A stretch of 63,906 nt of DNA, the filler included, from Atractiella rhizophila (lineage: Eukaryota): NCBI GenBank assembly GCA_021432655.1. It is 9 parts of 9 records of this genome, joined end to end, with 100 filler letters (N's around TTAATTAATTAA, not from the genome) between each part and the next. Parts side by side here need not be neighbours in the genome. Positions count along the whole stretch, not along the records: positions 47,039 to 54,709 come from MU272201.1; positions 54,810 to 62,415 come from MU272202.1; 7 more parts are not named here. The stretch is one strand, 5' to 3'. The notes under the pieces are model-generated. The model was not told where the DNA came from. It made no database searches and worked only from the letters and a program-made list of their open reading frames with translations. The position numbers and the translations under genes are program-made. Position 1 is the first letter of the stretch; each line of letters begins with the position of its first letter. Positions 51,098 to 62,515 of the stretch are shown here, piece by piece.

Positions 51098-51987
51098 GTC
51101 TTGATGCTTAGTTTCGACATTGCATTTCGTTTTCTGCTATGTGGCCACAAAAGAGCTTGTACGATGGGCAATCAAAATGCAATTAATTAGCACGCCTACC
51201 CCATTGGCCATGGTGTCGGTTCCTGTTTCTTTCTTGTTCCTCCTGTTTCAATCTATGGTCAGGCTCGGCTCAAAGATCCCTACCCGACGCGCGCCGGTTG
51301 AATGTGCAAGGCGTGCTTGTCTTCGCTTATCACTCTTCTGGAGATAAGTTTGGGTGGAGGGAGCCGAGGATGCGTGTCTGGCTGTTGACCAACGATGGAG
51401 GCAAAAGCCATCTGGCTCCCGTCTGTCTCAGTACGTTCAGATTCCCAATTTTGGCCTGGGGATGCTTCGCTGTACGGGTCCACGCTACGAGAAGATTGGG
51501 ATTCTGCATTGTGTAAGTTGAGAGAGCATGCACGGTAAAGTTTCCGGGTTCTTTGTGCAAGAATAACCGGATGTGGAAGAAAGGGAAGAAAGTGGAAGGA
51601 CAACAGGAAATCGGGACGTATCCACAAACAGCAACCGTTGGTCCGTACCTGTTACCTGAGAGGGTTTCTCGCTTCTGCCTTCCTTCCAGTTGCTCAGATC
51701 TCAGGCTCCCGAGGTTCGCGACGCGAAAACAAAGTGGAGGCTTCTTTCTCGTCCGTGAGAGGTGTCACGAAGTACTGGGATGCTACACCCTTTGGACAGG
51801 GAGCCTTCGTCCATGATCTGGCTGCGCTACAGACCCGTGCGCTTACATGGCAGGGTTGGGCCAGGTTTTGTCATGAAGTGCGCAATGCCACGGTGGTGTT
51901 GATTTGGTGGAGGAATATATAAGGCTCATGTAGCCTGCTTCCATTCCATAATCCGTCATATTATCTGTCACTTGCTTGAGCGTTGGG

Positions 51988-52734
51988 ATGGCAAAAGGTG
52001 TTAGAAGTGGGATGAAGGAAGGAACGAGACAGCTCTCACAACCTCCGCTTGTGAAGAATACGGCTTGTAAGGTACATCAACGCTCTTCTCTTCGTTTACA
52101 TGAGAATTCACGTTGACTTCTTACTATGATTCCAAGGTCTGCCGCTCTCGCAAGATACGGTGCGCCATTGGATTTCATCTAACCGTATATATATGAAACT
52201 GAGTTTGGTATCGTTCTATGGCTCACAGTTGTGACGGGAAGAAACCAGTTTGCGGTTCGTTCCCTCTCCTTCACTTACTCTCGCAGGTATTCACAGGGAA
52301 GATAGGAACATGTTATCGCACGGCGATATCTCGAGGCATTCATCCAAAAGACATGAATTGCACGTGGCCATTCGAGGGCGAAGAAGATGAGGACATGAGA
52401 GCGAAAGAAGATAAGATCCGGACTCTGGAGCAGCGCGTTCGTATGTCTTCCCTTCATCTCTTCCTATCCAACACTATATTGATGGGGTGGAACAGAGAGC
52501 TTGCAGGAGATACTACATAGTAATGAGGAGCTCATACGCTCATATCAGGATGCGCAACAGCACCAAACGAATCTAAGTGGGACGCCTCAGCGGCCACTGG
52601 ACTCGGAAAGGGAAATGGAAATGGAGAGGGAGAGGGAGGCGACGCCTACGCTCGAGGACTTTCAGTCCTCGCTTTCACACCTTTGGTCCCTTGATACGGG
52701 GAAGAAGAAGGAAAGTGAAGAGGGGAAACGTTAG
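51988..52734 (+). CDS. Small Zn(II)2Cys6 binuclear-cluster protein with a coiled coil; 3' end uncertain
   Basis: Spliced ACK-VCRSRKIR-CDGKKPVC-GTCYRTAISRGIHPKDMNCTW, then KIRTLEQRVQSLQEIL. Four GT-AG introns keep the frame. Confidence 0.85.
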
Positions 52735-53454
52735 TGGACGTATCTCAACTTGTCTTCGGAGGCTATCAAGTTGTTTGTATATAACCTTCTGGCTCTGCTT
52801 TTCGTTGTCCAAAATTGCACATCTGGTCATGTCTTTTTCACCCCTTCGCACTTATTCTGGCATGCTACAGCACGCCACCGATGCTGGTCTAAAGAAGGAG
52901 GGTATAAGTGGGGGAGTGCTACAAAAAGCACTCCGCAAGAGGAGACAACTGAGGAAGGGCGAGAGTATGAAATCATAGAATTCTTGAGAATACCATGTTA
53001 ATATTGTCAATGTTAATGGTCTATATTGATATTTGACGTTCGCAACGTTCACCTCAACTACCTCAACTCGAAATTGAACGGTAGCTGTACTCACGATGAC
53101 GGCCAAAACACGACCCGCATATTGTCCTGTCTACTATTCGTGACCATCTCAATCGTTAGTTGTTCCTTGATTTAAACAGTTTCATTTTCGGATGTCGGAC
53201 AAGTAGATGACTGAAAGTGAGCGGGTACGTACAATGCGGATACGGCAGCTCGACACGGCGATGTTGACTCCCTTTTCGATCCCGTTTTCGACTTTCTCTT
53301 TCACCTTCTCCCCTTATTATTACTTTACTTCAGCACGTCAGCTTTAGCCCTTTCTTCAGTGCCATAATCTCTTCTTCACCACTACGCTCCCATCAACTAC
53401 GACTCTTTTTGACAACCAGAGCTACATAGCATAAGACAGCACGAGCGGAGCAAG

Positions 53455-54709
53455 ATGCGACTCTTCCCTAAGAAGAAAGAGAAATCCTTCTCCGTCATCT
53501 ATCCGCCCAAGGACAAGAACAGTCTAAGTGCAGATGGAGCTGGCGGAGGGGAGGAGTCGAGGTATGATTGGGATACTATTATTGGGAGGGCCAAGGAGAA
53601 ACCTGTCAAGAGCAGTTTGAAGAAGGTGCGCTTTCTCTTTCTTTCTTGTCTTGTGTTTTCAAGGGTGTCTGCTTCTCTTCTTGTGTCTATTGGAGCTATT
53701 GCTGAGTGGATGAGGCGCGATGCAACGCAAAGCTCATGTTGGCAGTAGACAAAGGGTGAGCGCTGAGCCCGGCGTCACTACGCTAGAAGCTAGAAGCTTC
53801 AGGCACGGGTCACATTGTCTCTTTCTCTTTCTCCCCGATTCTTTACTGCTGCATCGACGATAGAAGCTGCGCAAACTGGGGCAGATCTGCATTTTACATT
53901 GTTGTGCATTCGACACCTTGGGATCTTGACGTCATGCGTTCTCCCATTCATTCACATTCATTCAATCCAACTCGTATTTCTTTTCTTCCAGCATCGGTCC
54001 ATCTAGTGGATGCTAGCTAAAGTAGTAGCTCTCTAAGGGGTCCCTGAAGAGACAGCGGTGCATGTGAGCGCGAACTGAAAGGAAATCCTGTGCCCCAGGA
54101 GATGCGTGCTCCCGTTGTGTAAATGTTTTTGGTTGCATTGAAGGTTTTGCATTGCTTTATCGTCTACAAAGATCCATGTCTATTATGATGAAGAGCACTT
54201 ATTTAATTCCATGGCAGAGATGCTGCTCGGCAGCAAGTACAAATGCAAGGCATATTATAGACTTTGTGCTACCACTAAGGCATGGTCAGTAAAACTAGTG
54301 ATACTGGAAGGAAATGAGAATGCAATTTATTTCCTGCGATCTGTTTTCCGAGGCCGTTATCGGATTATCGCGATTGGCTTCCTCATGTCACCCTAAATCT
54401 GGACTCCCTAACTCTCTTGTCCTTTTGCAGACATCTTCCCGCCCAACGCCAGCGGCGATCGAACTCCCGGACCCTTTCACGGTCAAACCTCAAGAACTTT
54501 CCAGCACAAAACCCACTACGGCCCACTCCCCAACGTCCATCCCACGTTCCTCTTCGCCACTCGTCCACTCGAATACTCTCACCACCTCTTCTGAGATCGG
54601 GGCGTCGACAGCGCCGTCGACTGCGCCGAGTGCGGCGGTTACAGATGGGGAGAAGGAGGACGAGGAGGAGAAGGAGGGGGATAGAGAGAAGGCGGAAAGG
54701 GGTGGGGAG
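53455..54709 (+). CDS. Hypothetical low-complexity protein, 5' part; exon 1 53455-53625, probable 805-nt intron, exon 2 from 54431
   Basis: GTGCGC donor at 53626; CCTAAC branch site and TTTTGCAG acceptor at 54430; phase-0 join into a Ser/Pro/Thr-rich ORF. Pyrimidine-rich leader upstream. Confidence 0.55.
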
Positions 54710-54809
54710 NNNNNNNNNNNNNNNNNNNNNNNNNNNNNNNNNNNNNNNNNNNNTTAATTAATTAANNNNNNNNNNNNNNNNNNNNNNNNNNNNNNNNNNN
54801 NNNNNNNNN

Positions 54810-56392
54810 GAGAGAAAGTCCGGTCCATTCTTTCCCTTTCCCGATGGCCTTTCGCTCTCATTCGAGTTGGACGATGGAGTCGTGGACGGTGCCAGACTCC
54901 CTCTCCTCCTCAACCCCTCAGCACCGAATTCCATTCCCATACCCGATACCTTTGACGGGTCGATACAGGAGCTCAAACTCTTCTCCGGACTCGTCGGTTC
55001 CTCACCCGACCCTTCCCTGATCGTGCTCAGCTTGTGAATGAGGATATGATGACCTTGATTGGATGCGCTCATCGAAGGCGAAAGGGAATAAGAGACCGAA
55101 TTCGCAGGCGAGTGAAACGGCGGCGTTATGGTCGCATTTGAGTCCTCAGATAAGCGAGGAAGCGGTTGAATGGTCATTGACCCTGAGAGGCGTTCGCGCA
55201 TGACGGGGAAATTAGGGGTGTTTGGGCTGGTAGAAGGACTTGCTGGAGTAATGGGCGAGCAAGGGACGATAGAGAACTTGTTGCCTCCAGATAGAGACCC
55301 AGATTCCTTCGTGCTCTCCCGCTTCATTCCCCAATCTCGAGTCGCCGTCGGAGTGCCAATAAGCGTCGTCTTCTGGGAGTGGACTCCCCACGGTGCGTAC
55401 TCTTCCGTTTGGATGCAACTGAATTTACTCCTCGTGCCCCTTGAGTGAGAAGAAGAGCCGTGCTGACGGGTGTGTTGGGGAAGCGGCGAAGCGGGCAAGG
55501 AGTCACGTTTAGAGACAGAAGAGATGAGGAGCTGCAAGAAGGTATAGGTGTATATCTCTGGTGTCAAATGTCAAGAGGTGTGGGTACGTATGAGAAAGGA
55601 AGACGAACTCGGCAAGAACATGATTGGCAGGTAGCACCATGAGAGATAACCTGCAACCGTGTTAAGACGCCAGAGTATGAGCGCTGAGAGTTGCAGGGCA
55701 GTGACCAAAATGCCCTATTCACAAAAAGAGCTCCAGTGTCAACCACCGTAGCGAAGAATGTGATGTAACGGGAACGTACAGTTTGCACAGTCAACTTCAT
55801 GAGGAAATTAATCAACTTCTCCGCCTTTCCTTCTTGCTTGTCCTCGTATTGGTAGTCCCTCTTGGACAACCATAGCTCGAAACACATCGCAATTGAAATA
55901 CAGATGTCCACGACCGATGAGATGATGAACCAAGACGTTCCGAGAGTAATGAACATTCCGTTGCTCACGAGGAGGTTGAGGAACTTGAGGTGCTATGATT
56001 AGACCATTGCTGGTTCAGAGAATGTTCTCTTCCTGGAGCAAAGGAGAGTCGAACCTTGATGTCAGCAGACATCCACACCCCAACGACAGTGCTCAACAAT
56101 ATGCCGAGGACGCCAGCCAAAAGAAGAGTCGAGACGAGGACGACCTTCCATGTCTTCCTGTGTCGCCCGATCCAAATCGAGTTTCGATCCAAGAGGTATT
56201 TCGAGAACACATAAACGCGATATAGCAGATAAGCTTGCCCATGAGACCTTCAGATGGACAACAATTTGATCAGCTATTAACATTCTGAAATGGAAAATGG
56301 AGGTGGGCGACAGACTGCAAGAGGACTCCAAGAAGAGGAGAGATGCTATCTTCGTATCGAGCGGTGATGAAATAACCCAAGTCTCCCCAATG
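54810..56392 (-). CDS. DUF6534-type basidiomycete multi-pass membrane protein, 3' exons (5' exons lie in the reversed block)
   Basis: HWGDLGYFITARYEDSISPLLGVLLQ-SHGQAYLLYRVYVFSK..WFIISSVVDICISIAMCFELWLSKR..KLINFLMKLTVQT, then a Ser-rich tail to the scaffold edge. Confidence 0.8.
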
Positions 56393-57210
56393 ACCTTTTT
56401 GTTTCTTAGCAATCCGACCCGCAAGCTATGTTCGGTAGATGCTAATAACTAGGTAGTCGGGCGCCAACATCTACTCCCTTTTTACCTGGAGTATCGTAAC
56501 TAGTATAAGAGAAAGCAGCCGACAAGGAAGGTTGGGTAGGGGCCAAATAGGTATTCGTACTGCTTTAGCGATCTGACTATAGGCATAGAGAGGTAGTTCT
56601 TGGAGGACTGCAAAAGGCGTAGTAAGGTTGTGGGAAACTCGAGGCGGGAGCTCGGTTGTATTAACTAGGGCTACGTGTTGCGGGAAGAAGGAGGGGCTTG
56701 TTAGGCTCATGAAGGTGGTGACTAAGCGGAGCAAGACTCCGACTATTACGTGGACAGGTTTCAAGCCTCCGTAGTAACTAGGACCCCCTCCCCCTGGCCC
56801 TCCCCGAGGTATCACTACACGACGACCTCCCGGCCCTCCTCCTCACATGTGGCTTCTCCCTATACCAGCCATTAGCAGCTCCGCTCCTCCCCGCCTCCCT
56901 CCAACCATGACCAACATAGGCGGAGGAGGTGGCGGCCCAGCCCTCAACCCTCCTCCGTACCCTCCTCGTAACATGCTGCATAATATGGGCGACAACATCA
57001 GGGCTCTGACCCCTCCGACCAACCCTCCGCCTATCCCACTACGTAACCCTCTACCCTTCCTACCTGGAGGGCCTCCTCCCATCCCACTGCTCAAACCTCC
57101 TCCTATACCTCTCCGCAAACCTCCACCCATGCCTCTCCGCAACCACCTCCCATACCCCTCCTAACTCCGACGACGGTGCCGAACAACGGACCTATCAACA
57201 AGGTGCTGTA
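56393..57210. CDS. MCA1: Metacaspase 5' half, readable only by reading the + strand backwards from 57210
   Basis: MSWNNYPGNKPWQQPQSSPYPPP..(SPYPPPN repeats)..WKYSDCSGRKK(A)LCIGINYVGSRAELKGCWNDAENVRRFLMERYGY..QPTKENMINAMR-[GTCCAT..GCTGAT..TAG intron]-WLVSNAQPNDSLFF(H). Two 1-bp indels in short homopolymers. Confidence 0.95.
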
Positions 57211-58957
57211 CCACACACACTAGATACAGAAGACAAGGTGTTTGACAGTCACCGAGCAAGTAACAGGAAGCGCCTCCTCTCTAGTTAAACCTCGTATACA
57301 GAAACTGGCAATCTATTGTGGTTTCTCCTTCGAGACCCAGAAACGTGAACCTCACCAGTGCGGTCATTCTAGCATTGTTCGGGCTGTTAGCCTGCCGACG
57401 TAAGAGTCCGAGAGGTGGGCGAGACTCTGTGCGTTAGTAAGTTGTTTTCTAGGGACTTATAATTCGCGCCTACCTAGACTAGTAGAGTTTCGAGATCGAC
57501 ACGTTGCAGGAAGGTTTTTTTCCGAGTTCAACCGCCCTGTTTCCCTTCTCCGAGTGACGAGTGAAAAGAACAGAGTTCCCACCACTTAAGCGGTCTCCTC
57601 TTGTTCAGGTTCTCCGCACGAATACTTGAGCGCTCATGAGCTCACGGGCACGTTTGCGTCCGGGCCAAACGAGCAAATATGCGACCCGACTTTTGGCGTT
57701 GCGAACCCCCAGATTAATAGGATCGTTGACACACCTACCTTCCACAGCTCTTGTTCGGGGAACTCGGTAGCGCGGACGGTCAAAGAAAAGTAGCAGAGCA
57801 AACGCATTTCGTGGCAGCGCACCAGACGGTACTGCAACCGCGCACCTATAAGGAGTTTCTCAACACCGGCTACTTAGACTCTGTAGCGCAAAGACCGCAC
57901 GAAGTTCGCAGCGGGTCAACTGAAGAAAAGTCGGAAGGCTAGACACCGAAGAAACAAACTTGGTGCGATTTTCGACACAATAGCGTTTTATAATGAGTCA
58001 AACACCTAGGACAGCTTTAAGGACACGTATTACTGAGGAACCTAAGTAAAAGTAGCAGTTTGATCAGGAAGAAGACAAGTGTTCTCTTCACTGTCACCCC
58101 GCTGAGGGTCTGTTGTGTGAAGGGCAACCTTCGCGACTCGTAGCTATTCGCGGGTTAAACACGAAGAAGACCTCAGGAGAATCTTGGGAAGGGCAAACCC
58201 CAGCAGCCGAAAACAAGTGGACGTTCAAAAGTAAAACTTTTGGTGTTTCGAGGCGACTTCGTAGCGCTGTAAGTATGTAAGTTTAAACAAGTTTGAGTTC
58301 TCTAGACACTAAAGTTATTTTCGGCAGTTAGCAGTCCGCTTCTTCGACCTACCTAGTTAACAACTGCACTTCGCTCCAAGTTCGACGGAGGTTCTGGGTG
58401 CTCGTGGAGCAAAAGGTGCGGAGACCTTTCTAGACCTGAGCTATCCCTAAAGTTTTATAGTCTACTCCAAGTGCTCTAACTCCTCTAACCCAAACCCCAA
58501 AAAGATAGCTCCAGTTACAAGGCGAAGAGACCTAGTAACATCACTAGAGGAGGGAGGGCAGTTACAAACGAGGAGCTAGTTAGTTTGTGGAGTTAGCACA
58601 AGGGTTAGCTTGGCTTCGCGAATTACTACGTCCTCTTCACGACTCTTCCGGACTCTTCCCGTCTTAACCGTCTTCGTCAACGACTACAAAAAGCCAACCC
58701 CGGGACTGTTTACCTTCGGTAAACTCAATCCAACCTGCGACGTCTAGACTAACTGAATAACAAGTGGTGGGTCGAGAAACCTTCTATAACTTCCCTTCAG
58801 GCCAGACTAGAACCAATTGCACGAAGCTTGCGGGAGTCGGACAGTAGGTTGCAAGCGAAATATTTTCACAGGAAGAGACTGGGAGAGGAACGGAGTTTCG
58901 TTGGATGCAGGGAACTCTTAGAGGGAGCGTTGCTGATAGCAGTCACGCTCCTAACTC

Positions 58958-59347
58958 TACCTGAGGGAGTTAGAACGGTACTTGGTTTAGGTCGTAAGCC
59001 GTCTCGGAACAAGACGGTGATAAGGGAGACGGAACAATAAGCTATCGTGGACGGGAAAGTAAGAACCACGGAAGGAAAGGCGTAAACCACTCAGACGTAG
59101 GTAGAGAGTAAACTTCTCCAGTCTGTGCGAATAGCGCACGTAATCCCTACCCATAGGAGGAGAGGCTTCCGCGCTCCATAAAAGCTTTGCGAGGTAGCGT
59201 ACCGGTGTCCGATTAGTTTCGTTACCAGCCAGGAGGAGACGAGAAAGCTTGGAGGACTGCTTCCTTCGTGTCTGCCGTTATCAGGAGAAGGAGGTCAAGC
59301 GAGTCTGCCACTGGCTGTATGAAGCTCAGGAGTTTTAGAAGAGAGAG
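58958..59347. CDS. 5' exons of the DUF6534-type gene, readable only as the unreversed complement
   Basis: Complement reads ATG(58958) MDSLNLAMNQIQHSAEPCSATIPSALLFDSTCPFILGAFLSAF-[GTGAGT 59088..TAG 59145]-GMGILLSEGARYFRNAPSHGHRLIKAM-[GTCGGT 59226..CTGAC..CAG 59272]-TAIVLFLQFAQTVTDILRVLKIFSL. TATAAAA at about 58860. Confidence 0.92.
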
Positions 59348-59667
59348 NNNNNNNNNNNNNNNNNNNNNNNNNNNNNNNNNNNNNNNNNNNNNNNNNNNNN
59401 NNNNNNNNNNNNNNNNNNNNNNNNNNNNNNNNNNNNNNNNNNNNNNNNNNNNNNNNNNNNNNNNNNNNNNNNNNNNNNNNNNNNNNNNNNNNNNNNNNNN
59501 NNNNNNNNNNNNNNNNNNNNNNNNNNNNNNNNNNNNNNNNNNNNNNNNNNNNNNNNNNNNNNNNNNNNNNNNNNNNNNNNNNNNNNNNNNNNNNNNNNNN
59601 NNNNNNNNNNNNNNNNNNNNNNNNNNNNNNNNNNNNNNNNNNNNNNNNNNNNNNNNNNNNNNNNNNN

Positions 59668-60048
59668 GGCGCTGCGGAGAGGACGAAGAAAAATAACACT
59701 TCTGCGGCTGATGTAAGGCTTGCTTCTCTTTCTGAAAAGGTGGGCTGAAGAAGGGATACCTAGGTCATCATGTGGAGTGGATGTAAGGATACTCAGACGA
59801 GTGCAGATACTTCTGAAGGCGGTCAAGCCACAGGAGCTATGAGGTCCGTCTCGCTTTTCGCAGCAGTTAAGAGAGCTGAAACGAGGTGGTGTAGCTACGC
59901 CTTCATTTCCAGTTTGACAAAAATGCCGCAGCAAAGTTACAAGCAAATGTTGAACACTATCAGGGACGAATTGCAGGGAAGATATAGTCAGAAGCCTCAG
60001 CTTTCCGCCAGTCACCCCATTGATACCAACCTCTTGTTCATCATCTAG
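59668..60048 (+). CDS. MCA1: Metacaspase 3' exons (normal orientation)
   Basis: [83 protein letters not shown], a canonical type I metacaspase C-terminus. Confidence 0.96.
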
Positions 60049-60325
60049 TCAAAAACAATGCTGGATTCTAGCCTTATCTGGGTATGGTTTGGAGTGTGCG
60101 AATGTCACCTGTGACTGAATATTCGGAGAATGACTGATCTGTTTGTATCATCAATGAAATAAATAGAAGTCGATTGATTGTACTCTGATTGTTGATCGTC
60201 TTGCAAACGCTAAATTAGTCCGATACATTCAGCCACGACAGATACCTGAATTACTGAGAAGGTTCACAAAGGATCGCCATGGTATGTGGGAAACCGGAAG
60301 AAATCGTAGGGAGGGAGATAAGCGA

Positions 60326-62415
60326 TCACGTGGAATCGCAATGGTATAAAGCAAAGAGCATGACAAAGGGAGCAGCAGCCTTTCTCAGAGTTTGGGTTTG
60401 ACCTGTGACTGTAATCTTCACTGGCGAGCGCGAACGAGGTATGAAAGGAAGACGTACGGCGATTTGTTCACGGGGTGGTAGGTGCTTCGGTCTGTTCTTC
60501 GAGAACGATGGGTAGACCCAACTGTTCATCAAGTTGAACTGACCCTCCGAGTAAGGATGGTATCTCCCCCCTGCAATGTAGTCGTAGAATTTCGGAACAG
60601 AGAGGTAGGAACGCTCGTAACAGAAGGTCGTGAAAGACCTGCGAAACAAGACTCGACCACCTTTCTAAGAGGCACAAAAGAAATGCTCACGCTTTGCCAT
60701 GATAGTTCCCTTGTCCTGAAGGCCCAACTCCTCCGAAGGGCAGCCCAGGGACACCAAACTGCAACATGCAATCGTTCTGCAAGCAATTTCAGTTCTCTCC
60801 ATGGAAGAGAAAGGTTTGCCGACTCACATGGACTATCTGACCAGAACGTGTCCAATGCTGTATATATTCGACGTTCTTCTTGTCGCTCGTGAAGACGTAG
60901 AGCGCCAAAGGATGCCCTCCTGAATTGATATGCTCCACCATCTCCTCCTTTGAGTTGATGGTCAGTATGGGCAAGAGTGGTCCAAAGATTTCTTCCTGCA
61001 ATTTCTTCAGTGTCCAACCATGTCACAGTAAGGGGACACGAACGCTCATAAGCGAATCATCCTTCTTGACATCAGAAACAACTGTAAAGCCCATCCTAAG
61101 GTTGTCTCCTCCAACTGTCCCTCCGATCTGGACTTTCCCGCTCGTATTCTCCAGCAATTTGCTGAGGCGGCCAAAGTTCCTGTCATTGATGATCTTAGGA
61201 TACTCGGCTGATTTGAGTGCTTCGCCATCTTCTTTGGGATACATTTCTTTGAGGGTCTTCTTCATCGCTTCGATGAGACGTGGCTGCACGGAAGCAGGGC
61301 ACAGGATGTAGTCCGGCGCAATGCAGCTCTAAATGCACACAAGTTGTCAACGATCGACGAAACTCTGACATCGAAGTTTCGAACCTGGCCAGTGTTAAGG
61401 TGTTTACCAAACAGCAGACGTTTGGCTGTCAAATCAACATCACAATCCTCGAAGACACACTGATCGGAGCGAAGAAACGTTAGAGGCGTGTACGGTCAAA
61501 CCAAGTCAGACGCACAACTGGGCTCTTGCCACCAAGCTCAAGGGTTACGGCTAACAGGCTTTATGAGAACTCATGTCATGAAATAATAAAAGACGTACGA
61601 GACATATATTTCGCTGCAGTTTTTGCGATAATTCTACCAACGGTAGTGCTCCCTACATTTGTTGGCTTCTGAACTGCTTATGCTTGAGCCAAAAGGTAAG
61701 CGTACCAGTGAAGAAAACATGATCCCACGGTCTATCTGTCAATGCCGTTGTCTCTTGGATGCCGCCGTTAACGAGCTTGTAGCACGACTGATGCGATCCA
61801 TCTTTCAGTTAGCTGGATCATGTCGTGAGAGGACAGAACGAACAGAATCAAGGTATTTGGGCAAAAGTTCAGCGAGAAGTTCAGCCGAATGAGTCGCCAA
61901 TTCGCTGGGTTTGATAATAGCTAAGAAAAAGCTCCAAAGTTAGCAAAGGCATTAATGTACCACTCTAGAGACCTACCAGTGCATCCAGCGGCAATTGCTC
62001 CGAATAAGGGGGGTAGCAGCAAGCCTAAGGTGATATCAGACAATGATGAAGTAAGTGTTTATTTCGGCGCACTGAACGGGTCTACGAGCAGGGTCAACTA
62101 ATATTCTTGAAAGAAGGGGAAATTTACAATTCCAAGCGCCGATGATGACCACGGCACCTATTTACAGGTAAGCAGGCGACGGGGGAGTTACAATGAGATA
62201 CCTTTTGGTTCGTGGTAGGTCATGGGACTGGCGAACTTCCAGATAAATTCGGTGTCAGCTTTGACGGGCTGGATCCACTTGGGGAGATTTCTAATCAAGC
62301 TGTGGACGTCTTCTTTCATGGCCCAGATTTCGCTTAAGTATGCTTCCATTTTCGGCTTTCCCAAATCCTTCAAAAGGGCGTCTGCAATTGCGTCCTGATT
62401 TTCCTCAATCATGAA
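60326..62415 (-). CDS. Fatty aldehyde dehydrogenase (ALDH3/Hfd1 family), many introns, 5' truncated
   Basis: DALLKDLGKPKMEAYLSEI, EPKG-AVVIIGAWN, IAAGCT-IIKPSELA, LELGGKSP, CIAPDYILC, EEIFGPLLPI, PLALYVF, PFGGVGPSG-G.YHGK, FTTFCYER. Confidence 0.95.
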
Positions 62416-62515
62416 NNNNNNNNNNNNNNNNNNNNNNNNNNNNNNNNNNNNNNNNNNNNTTAATTAATTAANNNNNNNNNNNNNNNNNNNNNNNNNNNNN
62501 NNNNNNNNNNNNNNN

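Larger units (their letters stand above)
56393..59347. other. 2955-bp block written in mirror-reversed (reversed, not complemented) orientation
   Basis: No sensible coding in the six normal frames and an evident TAG/CTA excess. Read backwards it encodes a metacaspase N-terminus; its plain complement encodes the DUF6534-type N-terminus, with canonical introns. Confidence 0.97.

Noticed and set aside
56843..57164. Pro-rich (PPPIPLRNP) and Gly-rich ORFs in the ORF track
   Set aside because: By-products of the mirrored metacaspase prodomain repeats, not real genes.
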